Assembly (NCBI GenBank): GCA_002269645.1 | Contig: NIVC01003532.1 | Location: forward strand, 1-64,000 | Length of the DNA stretch: 64,000 nucleotides | DNA from: Macrostomum lignano | Lineage: Eukaryota | Direction of reading: 5' to 3' | Shown here: piece after piece, positions 26,201 to 34,907 of the stretch | Layout: every line of letters begins with the position of its first letter | Position numbering within the stretch: position 1 is the first letter of the stretch | Position numbers and translations under genes: made by a program | Notes under the pieces: generated by a model | What the model saw: only the letters and a program-made list of their open reading frames with translations | Databases searched by the model: none | What the model was told of the DNA's origin: nothing

Positions 26201-26877
26201 ATATCTAACACACCATGCCTACAATATCTAACACACCATGCCTACAATATCTAACACACCATGCCTACAATATCTAACACACCATGCCTACAATGTCTAA
26301 CACACCATGCCTACAATGTCTAACACACCATGCCTACAACATCTAACACACCATGCCTACAATATCTAACACACCATGCCTACAATATCTAACACACCAT
26401 GCCTACAACATCTAACATACCATGCCTACAATGTCTAACACACCATGCCTACAATATCTAACACACCATGCCTACAATGTCTAACACACCATGCCTACAA
26501 TATCTAACACACCATGCCTACAATGTCTAACACACCATGCCTACAATATCTAACACACCATGCCTACAACATCTAACATACCATGCCTACAATATCTAAC
26601 ACACCATGCCTACAATATCTAACACACCATGCCTACAACATCTAACACACCATGCCTACAACATCTAACATACCTTTAATTTCCTTTAGAATCGCCGAAA
26701 TTTGTTGAAGTAGAGAAGGCGGCAGCGAAGGCTAACGAGCAGTACACAAAAGACCACTACACACCAAAAGAATCTAAAGGGGCCTCTTCTACAAAGAGTA
26801 TCCCTCCGCTATCTGAAATTCTTCTCAGTATTCTCGGCAGATGGATTCAGTTTAAAATTTACAATAAGATTGTCTGA
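11875..26877 (+). CDS. 8-exon SUSD2/Mesh-like gene: signal peptide - AMOP - divergent VWD-like - Sushi - short tail; 752 aa
   Basis: Exons 11875-11962, 12841-13019, 13868-14037, 15505-15789, 16263-16878, 17586-18126, 25421-25612, 26690-26877. All junctions are GT-AG with matching phases (1,0,2,2,0,1,1); total 2259 nt = 752 codons + stop. Motifs: LLGYSE, DMGFMQI, PIPLGW-like VIPLGWF, AMOP CCY...SHWYWDIMPHIYCCIW, Sushi C..P..C..C..C. Confidence 0.85.
12077..12650. repeat. 12/14-bp purine-rich minisatellite (gagggagactgt / gagagggagactgt) in intron 1
   Basis: Directly visible; same family recurs at 14140-14335. Confidence 0.9.
12841..13019 (+). CDS. SUSD2/Mesh-like gene exon 2
   Basis: Acceptor ccccgcctccag; WRKLQPKSLKVQF...FSLLGYSE; donor cac|gtgagt, phase 0. 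Confidence 0.8.
13137..13350 (+). mobile_element. Tc1-family transposase C-terminal remnant (intron 2)
   Basis: WPSRSPDMNPIEHVWDFLKH, then frameshifted WQQLPQDFLRRLILGMPRRVAALLRAR, the classic DD34E terminal region. Confidence 0.85.
13398..13715 (+). mobile_element. tRNA-derived SINE-like dispersed repeat, copy A (intron 2)
   Basis: A-box-like tagcccagtgg (13401) and B-box-like ggctcgattcc (13445); the 3' ~220 bp is shared with 15928-16141. Confidence 0.6.
13868..14037 (+). CDS. SUSD2/Mesh-like gene exon 3
   Basis: Acceptor ctcttccag; LPFSML...LYDMGFMQISG; donor gc|gtaagc, phase 2. Confidence 0.8.
14140..14335. repeat. Second copy of the gagagggagact minisatellite (intron 3)
   Basis: Directly visible. 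Confidence 0.9.
15505..15789 (+). CDS. SUSD2/Mesh-like gene exon 4 (start of AMOP region)
   Basis: Acceptor cctccag; TLVSPVIPLGWFIQP...CFYSA; donor gc|gtatgt, phase 2. Confidence 0.85.
15928..16141 (+). repeat. 5'-truncated copy B of the SINE-like repeat (intron 4)
   Basis: ggcacagtgaagtgtacat...aataaataaagttaggg...tgtgacaatgtc aligns with 13495-13715. Confidence 0.75.
16263..16878 (+). CDS. SUSD2/Mesh-like gene exon 5 (AMOP and start of VWD-like domain)
   Basis: Acceptor ccgctaacag; SLCCY...HVPYLSHWYWDIMPHIYCCIW...PGEYWLVRS; donor cag|gtttgt, phase 0. Confidence 0.85.
17038..17283. repeat. (TTAG)n microsatellite with TTCG variants (intron 5)
   Basis: Directly visible. Confidence 0.95.
17586..18126 (+). 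CDS. SUSD2/Mesh-like gene exon 6 (VWD-like C-terminal part)
   Basis: Acceptor cccactccag; open frame of 180 codons; donor aagg|gtgagt, phase 1. Confidence 0.75.
18250..25070. repeat. ~6.8-kb minisatellite, 24-bp unit tggtgtctgtccaatgtctgtgtg (22-23-bp variants), in intron 6
   Basis: Directly visible; explains all the repetitive ORFs (WCLSNVCV, DRHHTQTL) in the ORF track. Confidence 0.97.
25070..25270. repeat. ~44-46-bp tandem repeat (tgtgatctgtacccaatatctgtctaacttttacctaatatctg)
   Basis: About four copies at the end of the large minisatellite. Confidence 0.85.
25421..25612 (+). CDS. SUSD2/Mesh-like gene exon 7 (Sushi/CCP domain)
   Basis: Acceptor ttccctacag; PVCQRPNITG...LNCLKPF...AECRQG...FICA with four Cys; phase 1-1 symmetric exon typical of Sushi modules; donor c|gtgagt. 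Confidence 0.8.
25620..25870. repeat. 11-bp tandem repeat (gggtatctatt) in intron 7
   Basis: Directly visible. Confidence 0.9.
25990..26672. repeat. 22-bp (tatctaacacacggaacctatt) and 23-bp (catgcctacaatatctaacacac) tandem repeats in intron 7
   Basis: Directly visible; the 23-mer has ~20 copies at 26195-26672. Confidence 0.9.
26690..26877 (+). CDS. SUSD2/Mesh-like gene exon 8 (terminal)
   Basis: Acceptor ttcctttag, phase 1; open to TGA at 26875: QSPKFVEVEK...PPLSEILLSILGRWIQFKIYNKIV*. Confidence 0.65.
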
Positions 26878-27461
26878 CCAGGACAGCATTAAGTGTAGAT
26901 GTACGTGTAGCAACTTTACTTAAAAACAACTATGGAGCTGATCGTACTACCGTACTATTTTGTTATATTTTGTAAGCCAACGGTAGAATCAGCAAAGCGT
27001 TTAGCATTTCCTTTACCGCTCGCATTTGTACTCAAAATTTGTGTTTTAAAAGTTAGATAAATAAATCTTTTTAATTTCGTCTCGAAGATAAAGTGCAAAG
27101 AGAGATATTTTTGTCAACCAGATAATGACAAGTTGTAACATTTTTCTAAATTCATTTTTTCTGTTGAGCAATGTCCTTAATGCTTGTTTCAGCCTCGTGT
27201 GTATATACCAGTAGGAACCACAGGCATGCAAAAGTGCGCCATCAGCCAGTTGATGAACTCTTAGTGGCCATTCAGAACCGCGCCTGCCGCAACCAACTGC
27301 TTAGCATTCTGTGGGGCACCCTGCTTGAGATGGGTTCATGTCTGGAGACTTTGACAGCCTGTTTAACGTGCATGCGTTGCGCGACTCCATAGTTCCTTGA
27401 TGTATCGCAACTTTGCGCTGGAGAGTCTGGCGGCGACAGCCTTTTCTTATTTCTGCATCAA

Positions 27462-28095
27462 CAGGACGTAAAACTCGAAGATTGTGTAATTTTTTGGCCG
27501 ATTTCCTGGAAAAAATACACTGAGGAGATAGGAGAAGTTCATGTTTTTCCTGGAAAAGTACACTGAGGAGATAGGAAAAATTCATGTTTTTCCTGGAAAA
27601 GTACACTGAGGAGATAGGAAAAATGCATGTTTTTCCTGGAAAAGTACACTGAGGAGATAGGAAAAATGCATGTTTTTCCTGGAAAAGTACACTGAGGAGA
27701 TAGGAAAAATTCATGTTTTTCCTGGAAAAGTACACTGAAGAGATAGGAAAAATTCATGTTTTCCTGGCAAAATCAACGATTGCATTTAATCTGGGGCAGT
27801 GAAGACTACCTTTCCTTTAATTTAGTATGCACAGATGTTACTCTGTTGTATTTTATATAGCTGTGTAGTGAAAGTTTTCTTTTCATATTGTTCTCTTTGT
27901 ATTTCACCAGCTTAAGCCAAAAGTGGTAAATACTCACGAGATAATTATTTTTTCACTTTCGAATCAAGTATATTTTCAAAAAAAGTTTTTGATTTTCTGA
28001 TAAAAAAAATATTTTTTCCTTTCTTTACAGTGTATTTTTCCAGGAAACTGCATGGCCTCCTAAAAATTGCATGATTTATGAGGTTTACGTCCTGT
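27462..28095. mobile_element. Foldback/MITE-like element with imperfect terminal inverted repeats and an internal 43-bp tandem array
   Basis: aacaggacgtaaa...tttcctggaaaaa.tacactg at the left end, reverse complement at 28010-28095; 43-bp unit tttcctggaaaagtacactgaggagataggaaaaatgcatgtt ~6 copies. No TSD found. Confidence 0.55.
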
Positions 28096-29115
28096 TTTAT
28101 TACAGTGGTCCTTTGCTTTTCGCTCTCGCCGGACACGCCAATAACAACTGAGCAGGATTTCAGCAACCAGCCGATGCAGTTGCCACAGTAGATGTGATGA
28201 ACCACGTACTTGTTAGCGCCCTTGTGCCCGTTGAGTGGAACACGGAAGTAACGCGGTAGGAAGATCTCCGGGAGTGTCTCGCTGATGTCCTGCGCTTTTA
28301 ACTGGCTGCTTTAACTGCATGGCTGGGTGTGTTGTACCTGCTGTGACAGCTTCGCTTCTCCATCAACTGGAGCAAGGTGGTGGTGACGTGTATCAGGCTG
28401 CTCTAACCTACAAGTAGATTCAAGGAGCCCGCGTCGCGACAAGTGTTCACGGCTCTGCTCTTCCAGCAGCACCTGCTACCTGGGTGATCTACTTCGACAC
28501 CACGGCTACCACTTATTATAAGCAGACGCACCGCATTTCCCACTCTAGCTAATACTCGAAGGATGAGGAAAATGTGGCGGGGCAAAGAATCTTTTACATA
28601 ATGCAGCAGCTCTCATTGGCTCACCTGTTAGGTACGAGCGTGCGTAGAAAATTTTTTTATTTGCCAGTGTGTCCTTTCAGTACGTTAAGGAAGGCACCAA
28701 ACAATGCTCAAAACGGGTATCATTATCAGCTATCTGATAAAGCGGCGCGTTTGAAGGAAACCTTTAAGCCATTTCGTCGACTGCCTGCTGGATAACGCCG
28801 GCGCCTCGGATTCGGCTGGCGGCGTGGGTTCATTCGCGACCTGGCCTTGAGGCGCGCCCTGAGACGCTGAACGCGTATTCTGTTGTTTAAGCCCGGTTAA
28901 CACTTACTGCTCCACGGGCCAAATACAAAGTATGACTCAAACCAATTTTAAATTGTCTAAGCAAAATCGTACATTGGTTTAGGAAATAGTTACAAATTGA
29001 AAACCACACACAGTTAATTTATGCTTACTAATTAACAATTTTAAGTTTTATTACTACATTCAAGTGTGTAGAAGAGCGTAGAATCCCGAAAATCGACTTT
29101 ATTAACAAAAATTTT

Positions 29116-30909
29116 TCAGTGTAGCGGATGCTGCACTACGGGCTCTCGCATATTGAATGACACGCTTTCAAAGAACGCCTCCGGGTCCTGCGACTGCTTG
29201 CGCATGCGGCGGCTTTCGGTGAGCATGAAGTCGAGGAACAACTCCGATGTGGCAAAGTCATCGCCTCGCTGTCTGAGATGCAGCTCTGTGAACAGTCTCA
29301 CTTGCAGAGCGGAGAATCCGAGCTGAGTGAGCAGTCTCACAACGGGCAGGTCGGCTCTCGCCTTGATGTCTCTGGCCTCGACTCTGAACTCGACTCCAGG
29401 TGTGACTGCGAGAGCCTCGTCTGCGCGACTGCTGCGGACTGCGGACCCGTCGACAGTCGCAGCACCAGCTGATGCAGTTGAGTCCGTCTGTACCAATGCA
29501 GTGTGACGCTGAGCTGAGGCGCCACAAGTCGGGTGCTGCACGGGAGGCGACAGTCGGTGCACTGTCTGTACAAAGTCGCTGCCTCGCTCCAACAACACGT
29601 GAGGACACCGAGGTGACCACCTGGCGTGCTCAACCCACACATCATCGTCGCAGCTCCACTCGCTCATGCAGAGTCCGCAGCTGAAGCAGCAGGTCGCTCT
29701 CTCGGCTTCCGAGTAGAAGAAGCCCGCCTTTGCAAGCAAGTACACTGGCTGCTGAACGAGAGCCGAGTGCAGAGACTGCGACCTCGCTTGGTAGGTCTCG
29801 AACTGTGCGCGTTTGGCAGTCACACTCGATGGATCACTCTCGAGACTGTGTTGCAGAGCTGACAGGTTCGTGAGAGCTCTCTCGGAGCACGCAGATCTCG
29901 CTACGTCGCTCGACACTGGAAGCTGAGGACGCTTCATCATGTCGAAAGCAACCAGCTTATCGTCCACATCGCGTTCTGCATTCGTTCCAAAAGTTGCGCG
30001 TGTCGCCAGCGCCCACTCGTTCAGTCCAGCGAACTCCATCGGTGGTAGCTCAGCGACCAGCTTTATGCTCCAGTCTCCGTTCACCATCACTGCTGCATCA
30101 TCTGCAGTCTGATCACTGCACTGCACTGCTTCTACCAGCTTTGCTGAACTCAAGACTCTTTCCGGCTCTCTGTGATCTCGAGGCACGTTGCCGACCTCGA
30201 CGAACAACACGAACGGACAGGTGGAGAAGTGGCGTCTGTGAGCCTCTCGGACCTGCTCGCCCGCCTCCCAGTCCTTGAGCACACCCTTGCAGAATGCACA
30301 CTTTACTCTGTCCGACTCCTGCAGGTAGAAGAATCCGTCAGCAGCCAGATCCGTCACTGACACCAGGTGAGCCGCTGTGAAGCTGGCATCTGGCAGGTGG
30401 AAAGACTGCCACCTGTTCTCCTCTCGTCTCATGTCCCACAGGTGTTGTGGAATCGAGGCCGGCATTCCACTCGTGTCCCATCGCTGATTGCGGAAGTCCA
30501 GAGTCTGCGGCACGGATGACGCTCTGCCACCAGGTGTGCTGTTGTTGTAGTACCGCAGCACCTTGCTCTTACCTGTCAGTTTTTTCTGCTGACTAATATT
30601 TTGCTCAAGATTTTGCCTAGTCGATCTTTGGATGAGTAGACGAAGTCTCGGAATTTCGACGAGGGCCACTGATATGAGACAATCCCTGAAGTCATTCGTC
30701 CAGCGAATTTCCTGAAAAATTAGTTGCAGCAGTTCCTTATGTCTCGTCTTTGAGACTATGATGAATCCAAATATTTCATTAGCGAAGTCCAATCCCTTTT
30801 GAGAGATAAGTTCTTTTGGAACTGTTTTGGATCGCAGCGATAAAATGTGTCGTTCTGTGGCTCGTATTTCAAATAGGTTGTATTTTGAACGGTTTGTTTT
30901 ACTTTCCAT
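29116..30909 (-). CDS. IAP: IAP copy 1: BIR-BIR-UBA-like, RING domain missing
   Basis: First ATG at 30909. Two C-x2-C-x16-H-x6-C BIR motifs (KCAFCKG...AHRRHFSTC; CCFSCG...EHARWSPRC). Diverges from paralogs after DPEAFF and ends VSFNMREPVVQHPLH*; AATAAA ~13 nt after the stop. Confidence 0.9.
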   Translation of the reverse strand: MESKTNRSKYNLFEIRATERHILSLRSKTVPKELISQKGLDFANEIFGFIIVSKTRHKELLQLIFQEIRWTNDFRDCLISVALVEIPRLRLLIQRSTRQNLEQNISQQKKLTGKSKVLRYYNNSTPGGRASSVPQTLDFRNQRWDTSGMPASIPQHLWDMRREENRWQSFHLPDASFTAAHLVSVTDLAADGFFYLQESDRVKCAFCKGVLKDWEAGEQVREAHRRHFSTCPFVLFVEVGNVPRDHREPERVLSSAKLVEAVQCSDQTADDAAVMVNGDWSIKLVAELPPMEFAGLNEWALATRATFGTNAERDVDDKLVAFDMMKRPQLPVSSDVARSACSERALTNLSALQHSLESDPSSVTAKRAQFETYQARSQSLHSALVQQPVYLLAKAGFFYSEAERATCCFSCGLCMSEWSCDDDVWVEHARWSPRCPHVLLERGSDFVQTVHRLSPPVQHPTCGASAQRHTALVQTDSTASAGAATVDGSAVRSSRADEALAVTPGVEFRVEARDIKARADLPVVRLLTQLGFSALQVRLFTELHLRQRGDDFATSELFLDFMLTESRRMRKQSQDPEAFFESVSFNMREPVVQHPLH

Positions 30910-32861
30910 TATTTTTTGTCGCTCGGTCAAGACAGGTGGAAGATAAAGTGTTCTCTAACTTCGAAAATTTTGGGACTATGATTGACTCACGGTTGGAAAT
31001 CTACAATGAAATGTTTTAGTGCTTTTGCAAAGGACTAAGCAATTCGAGTGGTATATAAATGATACATTTATGTATACTTAGTTATTTTGAGGTTTATTTT
31101 GCTAGATACTTTCCTGATATTTTGAACACGTTCACGACAGTATGTGTACATGCAATTTAAAATTTTGTTTTTGGCAAAAGCAAAGCACAAAAAGGTTATA
31201 GCCGCAAAAGTCAAAACGTCTCGGTTCTTACCTGTATATAGTGTGCTCAAGACAGTTCAAATTTTTAAAAAACATATTTTTTCGATGGATGAGGTGAGGT
31301 GCAGTATTAGGTTTAGTGTTATAGATAGTGTAATTTTTGTTTCCTTACTAATGAATTGTTTTGAAACTAAAAAACAGTGTTCTTAGTTCGATGCAGTTTA
31401 GAGTATTACTAGTAGATAAAATAGTTAGTTGACTTGGGGTGTGAGTGAATCTTCTTGTACAAGAACGGTTTTTATGAACAGGCTCAGTAGAGAAGCAACT
31501 ACCCCAGCCAACTACACTTTATAATCAGTGTTCACTGTTCTTAGCTCGCATTTGCGCACCAAAAGCTATATGCAAACTGTACACGCGTTGGAATGGCCGC
31601 GGTTTGTTCGTGGATTTTTCGCGGATTATTTTGGGATTTCCCAATTTTTACTTCACTGGCTGCAGTGCTAGGGCGTTAATCTCTAATCTAACCATGTGTA
31701 AAAATAATTTTCCCATTCGCCTATAAATATGTGGTGTAGCTGAAGATGGCTTCTCCATGGCATTGCCACGGTTCAACCATAGCCAGTTCGTGCTATAAAA
31801 AGGACTTCTCCGGTAAGTTCTATCTAGATTACTGCAATTATACTCTCGTTTGCGGTACTAATCTGCTTAAGGGTGCAATTCACGCTACTGAGAAATTAAG
31901 GACCTCCACACCAGTTGCTCTGAGAACACTAGCTAGCTACGTGTAGATAGGACGCATTCCCACTTGCTTGTCATGCATTAGGAAAATGATTATCTCTGAT
32001 AAAGAAGTACATAAAAAGTGTAAACTAATCTGTAATATTATTCTCATTGAGAAAAAAACTCTTATTGAAATATTGCATATATTACATTCACATTAAAACT
32101 CGAACGCTTTCTAACAATTTTGCTTTACACAACTTATATCGAGGATATATTATTGCCGTTGCTAAATTGCTCATTTGTCCATTGTTTTGATCGTCCTAAA
32201 AAGAAATTCAGAAGTCGTAATTATTATAGTTAGAGACCAGTCTCATTGCCTGCTGATTTCTAGAAGATTTCTTTGTCTTGTTTTGTTTCAGCTAGCCTAG
32301 AATTAAAGAGAAATTTCCGCGGAAATTCCACGTTATTGCCGGGAGTCGAAAATAGCACTGACGGTATTAGTCTCCAAAACAGCTGATAAAAATAGAGTAC
32401 TGGCAGCGGTGTTTTGCATGGACTAAATACGAGCTATAGACACACAAGCAAGTGTGTACACACCACTTTCGATGACGAAAAATGTGTTTGACTGGTTAAA
32501 AAAGCTGGAAAATTTATCTCATAGATTAGATTAGATTCTTTTAAGGCCACATCCTAGATGTATGATGTATAAAATTACAAAGTTATAACTGTTATATTAG
32601 AAAAATAAATGTGAAACTACATCAAACTAGGCATTAAAAAAAGAAAATACTTGCCAGACCACATCTTAGCTTTCTATGAAAAACTAAGGATCTCTCGAAA
32701 AGCTTTAACAATAGAGTATTAAGCCAAGACCCTTCTATAGGCCACTAAAATCAGTCATTCAAAAACTATACAGTACTAACAGTACCCAACCTTATTCGCA
32801 TAAAACGAACTATCATTTGCAGAAATTTAGCCTGCAGACCGAACAAAGAAGAAGCATCTAC

Positions 32862-34907
32862 ATGTCGACAGAAGTACAAAACCCAAAAAGTTCAAACTTA
32901 ATTAAAAAAGGTACGTCAAAAACAAAAGAGTGCATAAAAACGGCATGTTCAAAAATTAATAGCTATGTGGATGAAATTAGAAACGTCTTCAAACTTACCG
33001 TCCATCTTGTTAAAGAATTCGAGAGCGTTCTCAAAAAAAGAGCATATTATCTCTCAAAAAACATTTCAAATATTTTCTATGAAATTACACATTCTGCACT
33101 GAATGCCACAGATAATATGGACCATATAATAAATTGCATTGAAGAAGAACAACAGATTGCAGACGAAAAGATCCAAAGTCTTTTGTCCGTAGTTTTATCT
33201 GAAATGCAAAAACAGCGACTGCTTGTCATGAAGTCTTCAAACCAAATATCTGACCAACGAATAGTCGAGCACAAAATACAGACAGGCAAGAGCAAGGTAC
33301 TGCGGTACTACAACAACAGCACACCTGGTGGCAGAGCGTCCTCCGTGCCGCAGACTCTGGACTTCCGCAATCAGCGATGGGACACGAGTGGAATGCCGGC
33401 CTCGATTCCACAACACCTTTGGGACATGAGACGAGAGGAGAACAGGTGGCAGTCCTTTCACCTGTCAGATGCCAGCTTCACAGCGGCTCACCTGGTGTCA
33501 GTGACGGATCTGGCTGCTGACGGATTCTTCTACCTGCAGGAGTCGGACAGAGTAAAGTGTGCATTCTGCAAGGGTGTGCTCAAGGACTGGGAGGCGGGCG
33601 AGCAGGTCCGAGAGGCTCACAGACGCCACTTCTCCACCTGTCCGTTCGTTCTGTTCGTCGAGGTCGGCAACGTGCCTCGAGATCACAGAGAGCCGGAAGG
33701 AGCCTCGAGGTCTGCAAAGTTGGTAGAGGCAGTGCAGTGCAGTGATCAGACTGCAGATGATGCAGCAGTGATGGTGAACGGAGACTGGAGCATGAAGCTG
33801 GTCGCTGAGCTACCACCGATGGAGTTCGCTGGACTGAATGAGTGGGCGCTGGCGACACGCGCAACTATTGGAACGAATGCAGAACGCGGTGTGGAGGACG
33901 AGCTGGTCGCAGTCGACATGATGAAGCGTCCTCAGCTTCCAGTGTCGAGCGAAGTAGCGAGATCTGCGTGCTCCGAGAGAGCTCTCACGAACCTGTCCGC
34001 TCTGCAGCACAGTCTCGAGAGTGATCCATCGAGTGTGACTGCCAAACACACACAGTTCGAGACCTACCAAGCGAGGTCGCAGTCTCTGCACTCGGCTCTC
34101 GTTCAGCAGCCAGTGTACTTGCTTGCAAAGGCGGGCTTCTTCTACTCGGATGCCGAGAGAGCGACCTGCTGCTTCAGCTGCGGACTTTGCATGAGCGAGT
34201 GGAGCTGCGACGATGATGTGTGGGTTGAGCACGCCAGGTGGTCACCTCGGTGTCCTCACGTGTTGTTGGAGCGAGGTAGCGACTTTGTGCAGACAGTGCA
34301 CCGACTGTCGCCTCCCGTGCAGCACCCGACTTGTGGCGCCTCAGCTCAGCGTCACACTGCATTGGTACAGACGGACTCAACTGCATCAGCTGGTGCTGCG
34401 ACTGTCGACGGGTCCGCAGTCCGCAGCAGTCGCGCAGACGAGGCTCTCGCAGTCACACCTGGAGTCGAGTTCAGAGTCGAGGCCAGAGACATCAAGGCGA
34501 GAGCCGACCTGCCCGTTGTGAGACTGCTCACTCAGCTCGGATTCTCCGCTCTGCAAGTGAGACTGTTCACAGAGCTGCATCTCAGACAGCGAGGCGATGA
34601 CTTTGCCACATCGGAGTTGTTCCTCGACTTCATGCTCACCGAAAGCCGCCGCATGCGCAAGCAGTCGCAGGACCCGGAGGCGTTCTTCGAGAGCAGGATG
34701 TCTCAGATTCGGGAGTCTCTGAACCAACAGCCGAGACCCCGAGACACAACCGACTGGAAGACGTGCAAGGTGTGCATGGACAAGGAGGTGAACATCATGC
34801 TGCTGGACTGTGGTCACGTGGCCTGCTGCTCAGTGTGCGCCAAGTCGCTGAAGACGTGTCCCATCTGCAGAGCCTTCATTCGTGGGGTGGTATTTGTGCA
34901 AATGTGA
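32862..34907 (+). CDS. IAP: IAP copy 2: unique N-terminus - BIR-BIR-UBA-like-RING
   Basis: First ATG at 32862; two BIRs; C3HC4 RING CKVCMDKEVNIMLLDCGHVACCSVCAKSLKTCPICR; intronless. Confidence 0.93.
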   Translation: MSTEVQNPKSSNLIKKGTSKTKECIKTACSKINSYVDEIRNVFKLTVHLVKEFESVLKKRAYYLSKNISNIFYEITHSALNATDNMDHIINCIEEEQQIADEKIQSLLSVVLSEMQKQRLLVMKSSNQISDQRIVEHKIQTGKSKVLRYYNNSTPGGRASSVPQTLDFRNQRWDTSGMPASIPQHLWDMRREENRWQSFHLSDASFTAAHLVSVTDLAADGFFYLQESDRVKCAFCKGVLKDWEAGEQVREAHRRHFSTCPFVLFVEVGNVPRDHREPEGASRSAKLVEAVQCSDQTADDAAVMVNGDWSMKLVAELPPMEFAGLNEWALATRATIGTNAERGVEDELVAVDMMKRPQLPVSSEVARSACSERALTNLSALQHSLESDPSSVTAKHTQFETYQARSQSLHSALVQQPVYLLAKAGFFYSDAERATCCFSCGLCMSEWSCDDDVWVEHARWSPRCPHVLLERGSDFVQTVHRLSPPVQHPTCGASAQRHTALVQTDSTASAGAATVDGSAVRSSRADEALAVTPGVEFRVEARDIKARADLPVVRLLTQLGFSALQVRLFTELHLRQRGDDFATSELFLDFMLTESRRMRKQSQDPEAFFESRMSQIRESLNQQPRPRDTTDWKTCKVCMDKEVNIMLLDCGHVACCSVCAKSLKTCPICRAFIRGVVFVQM

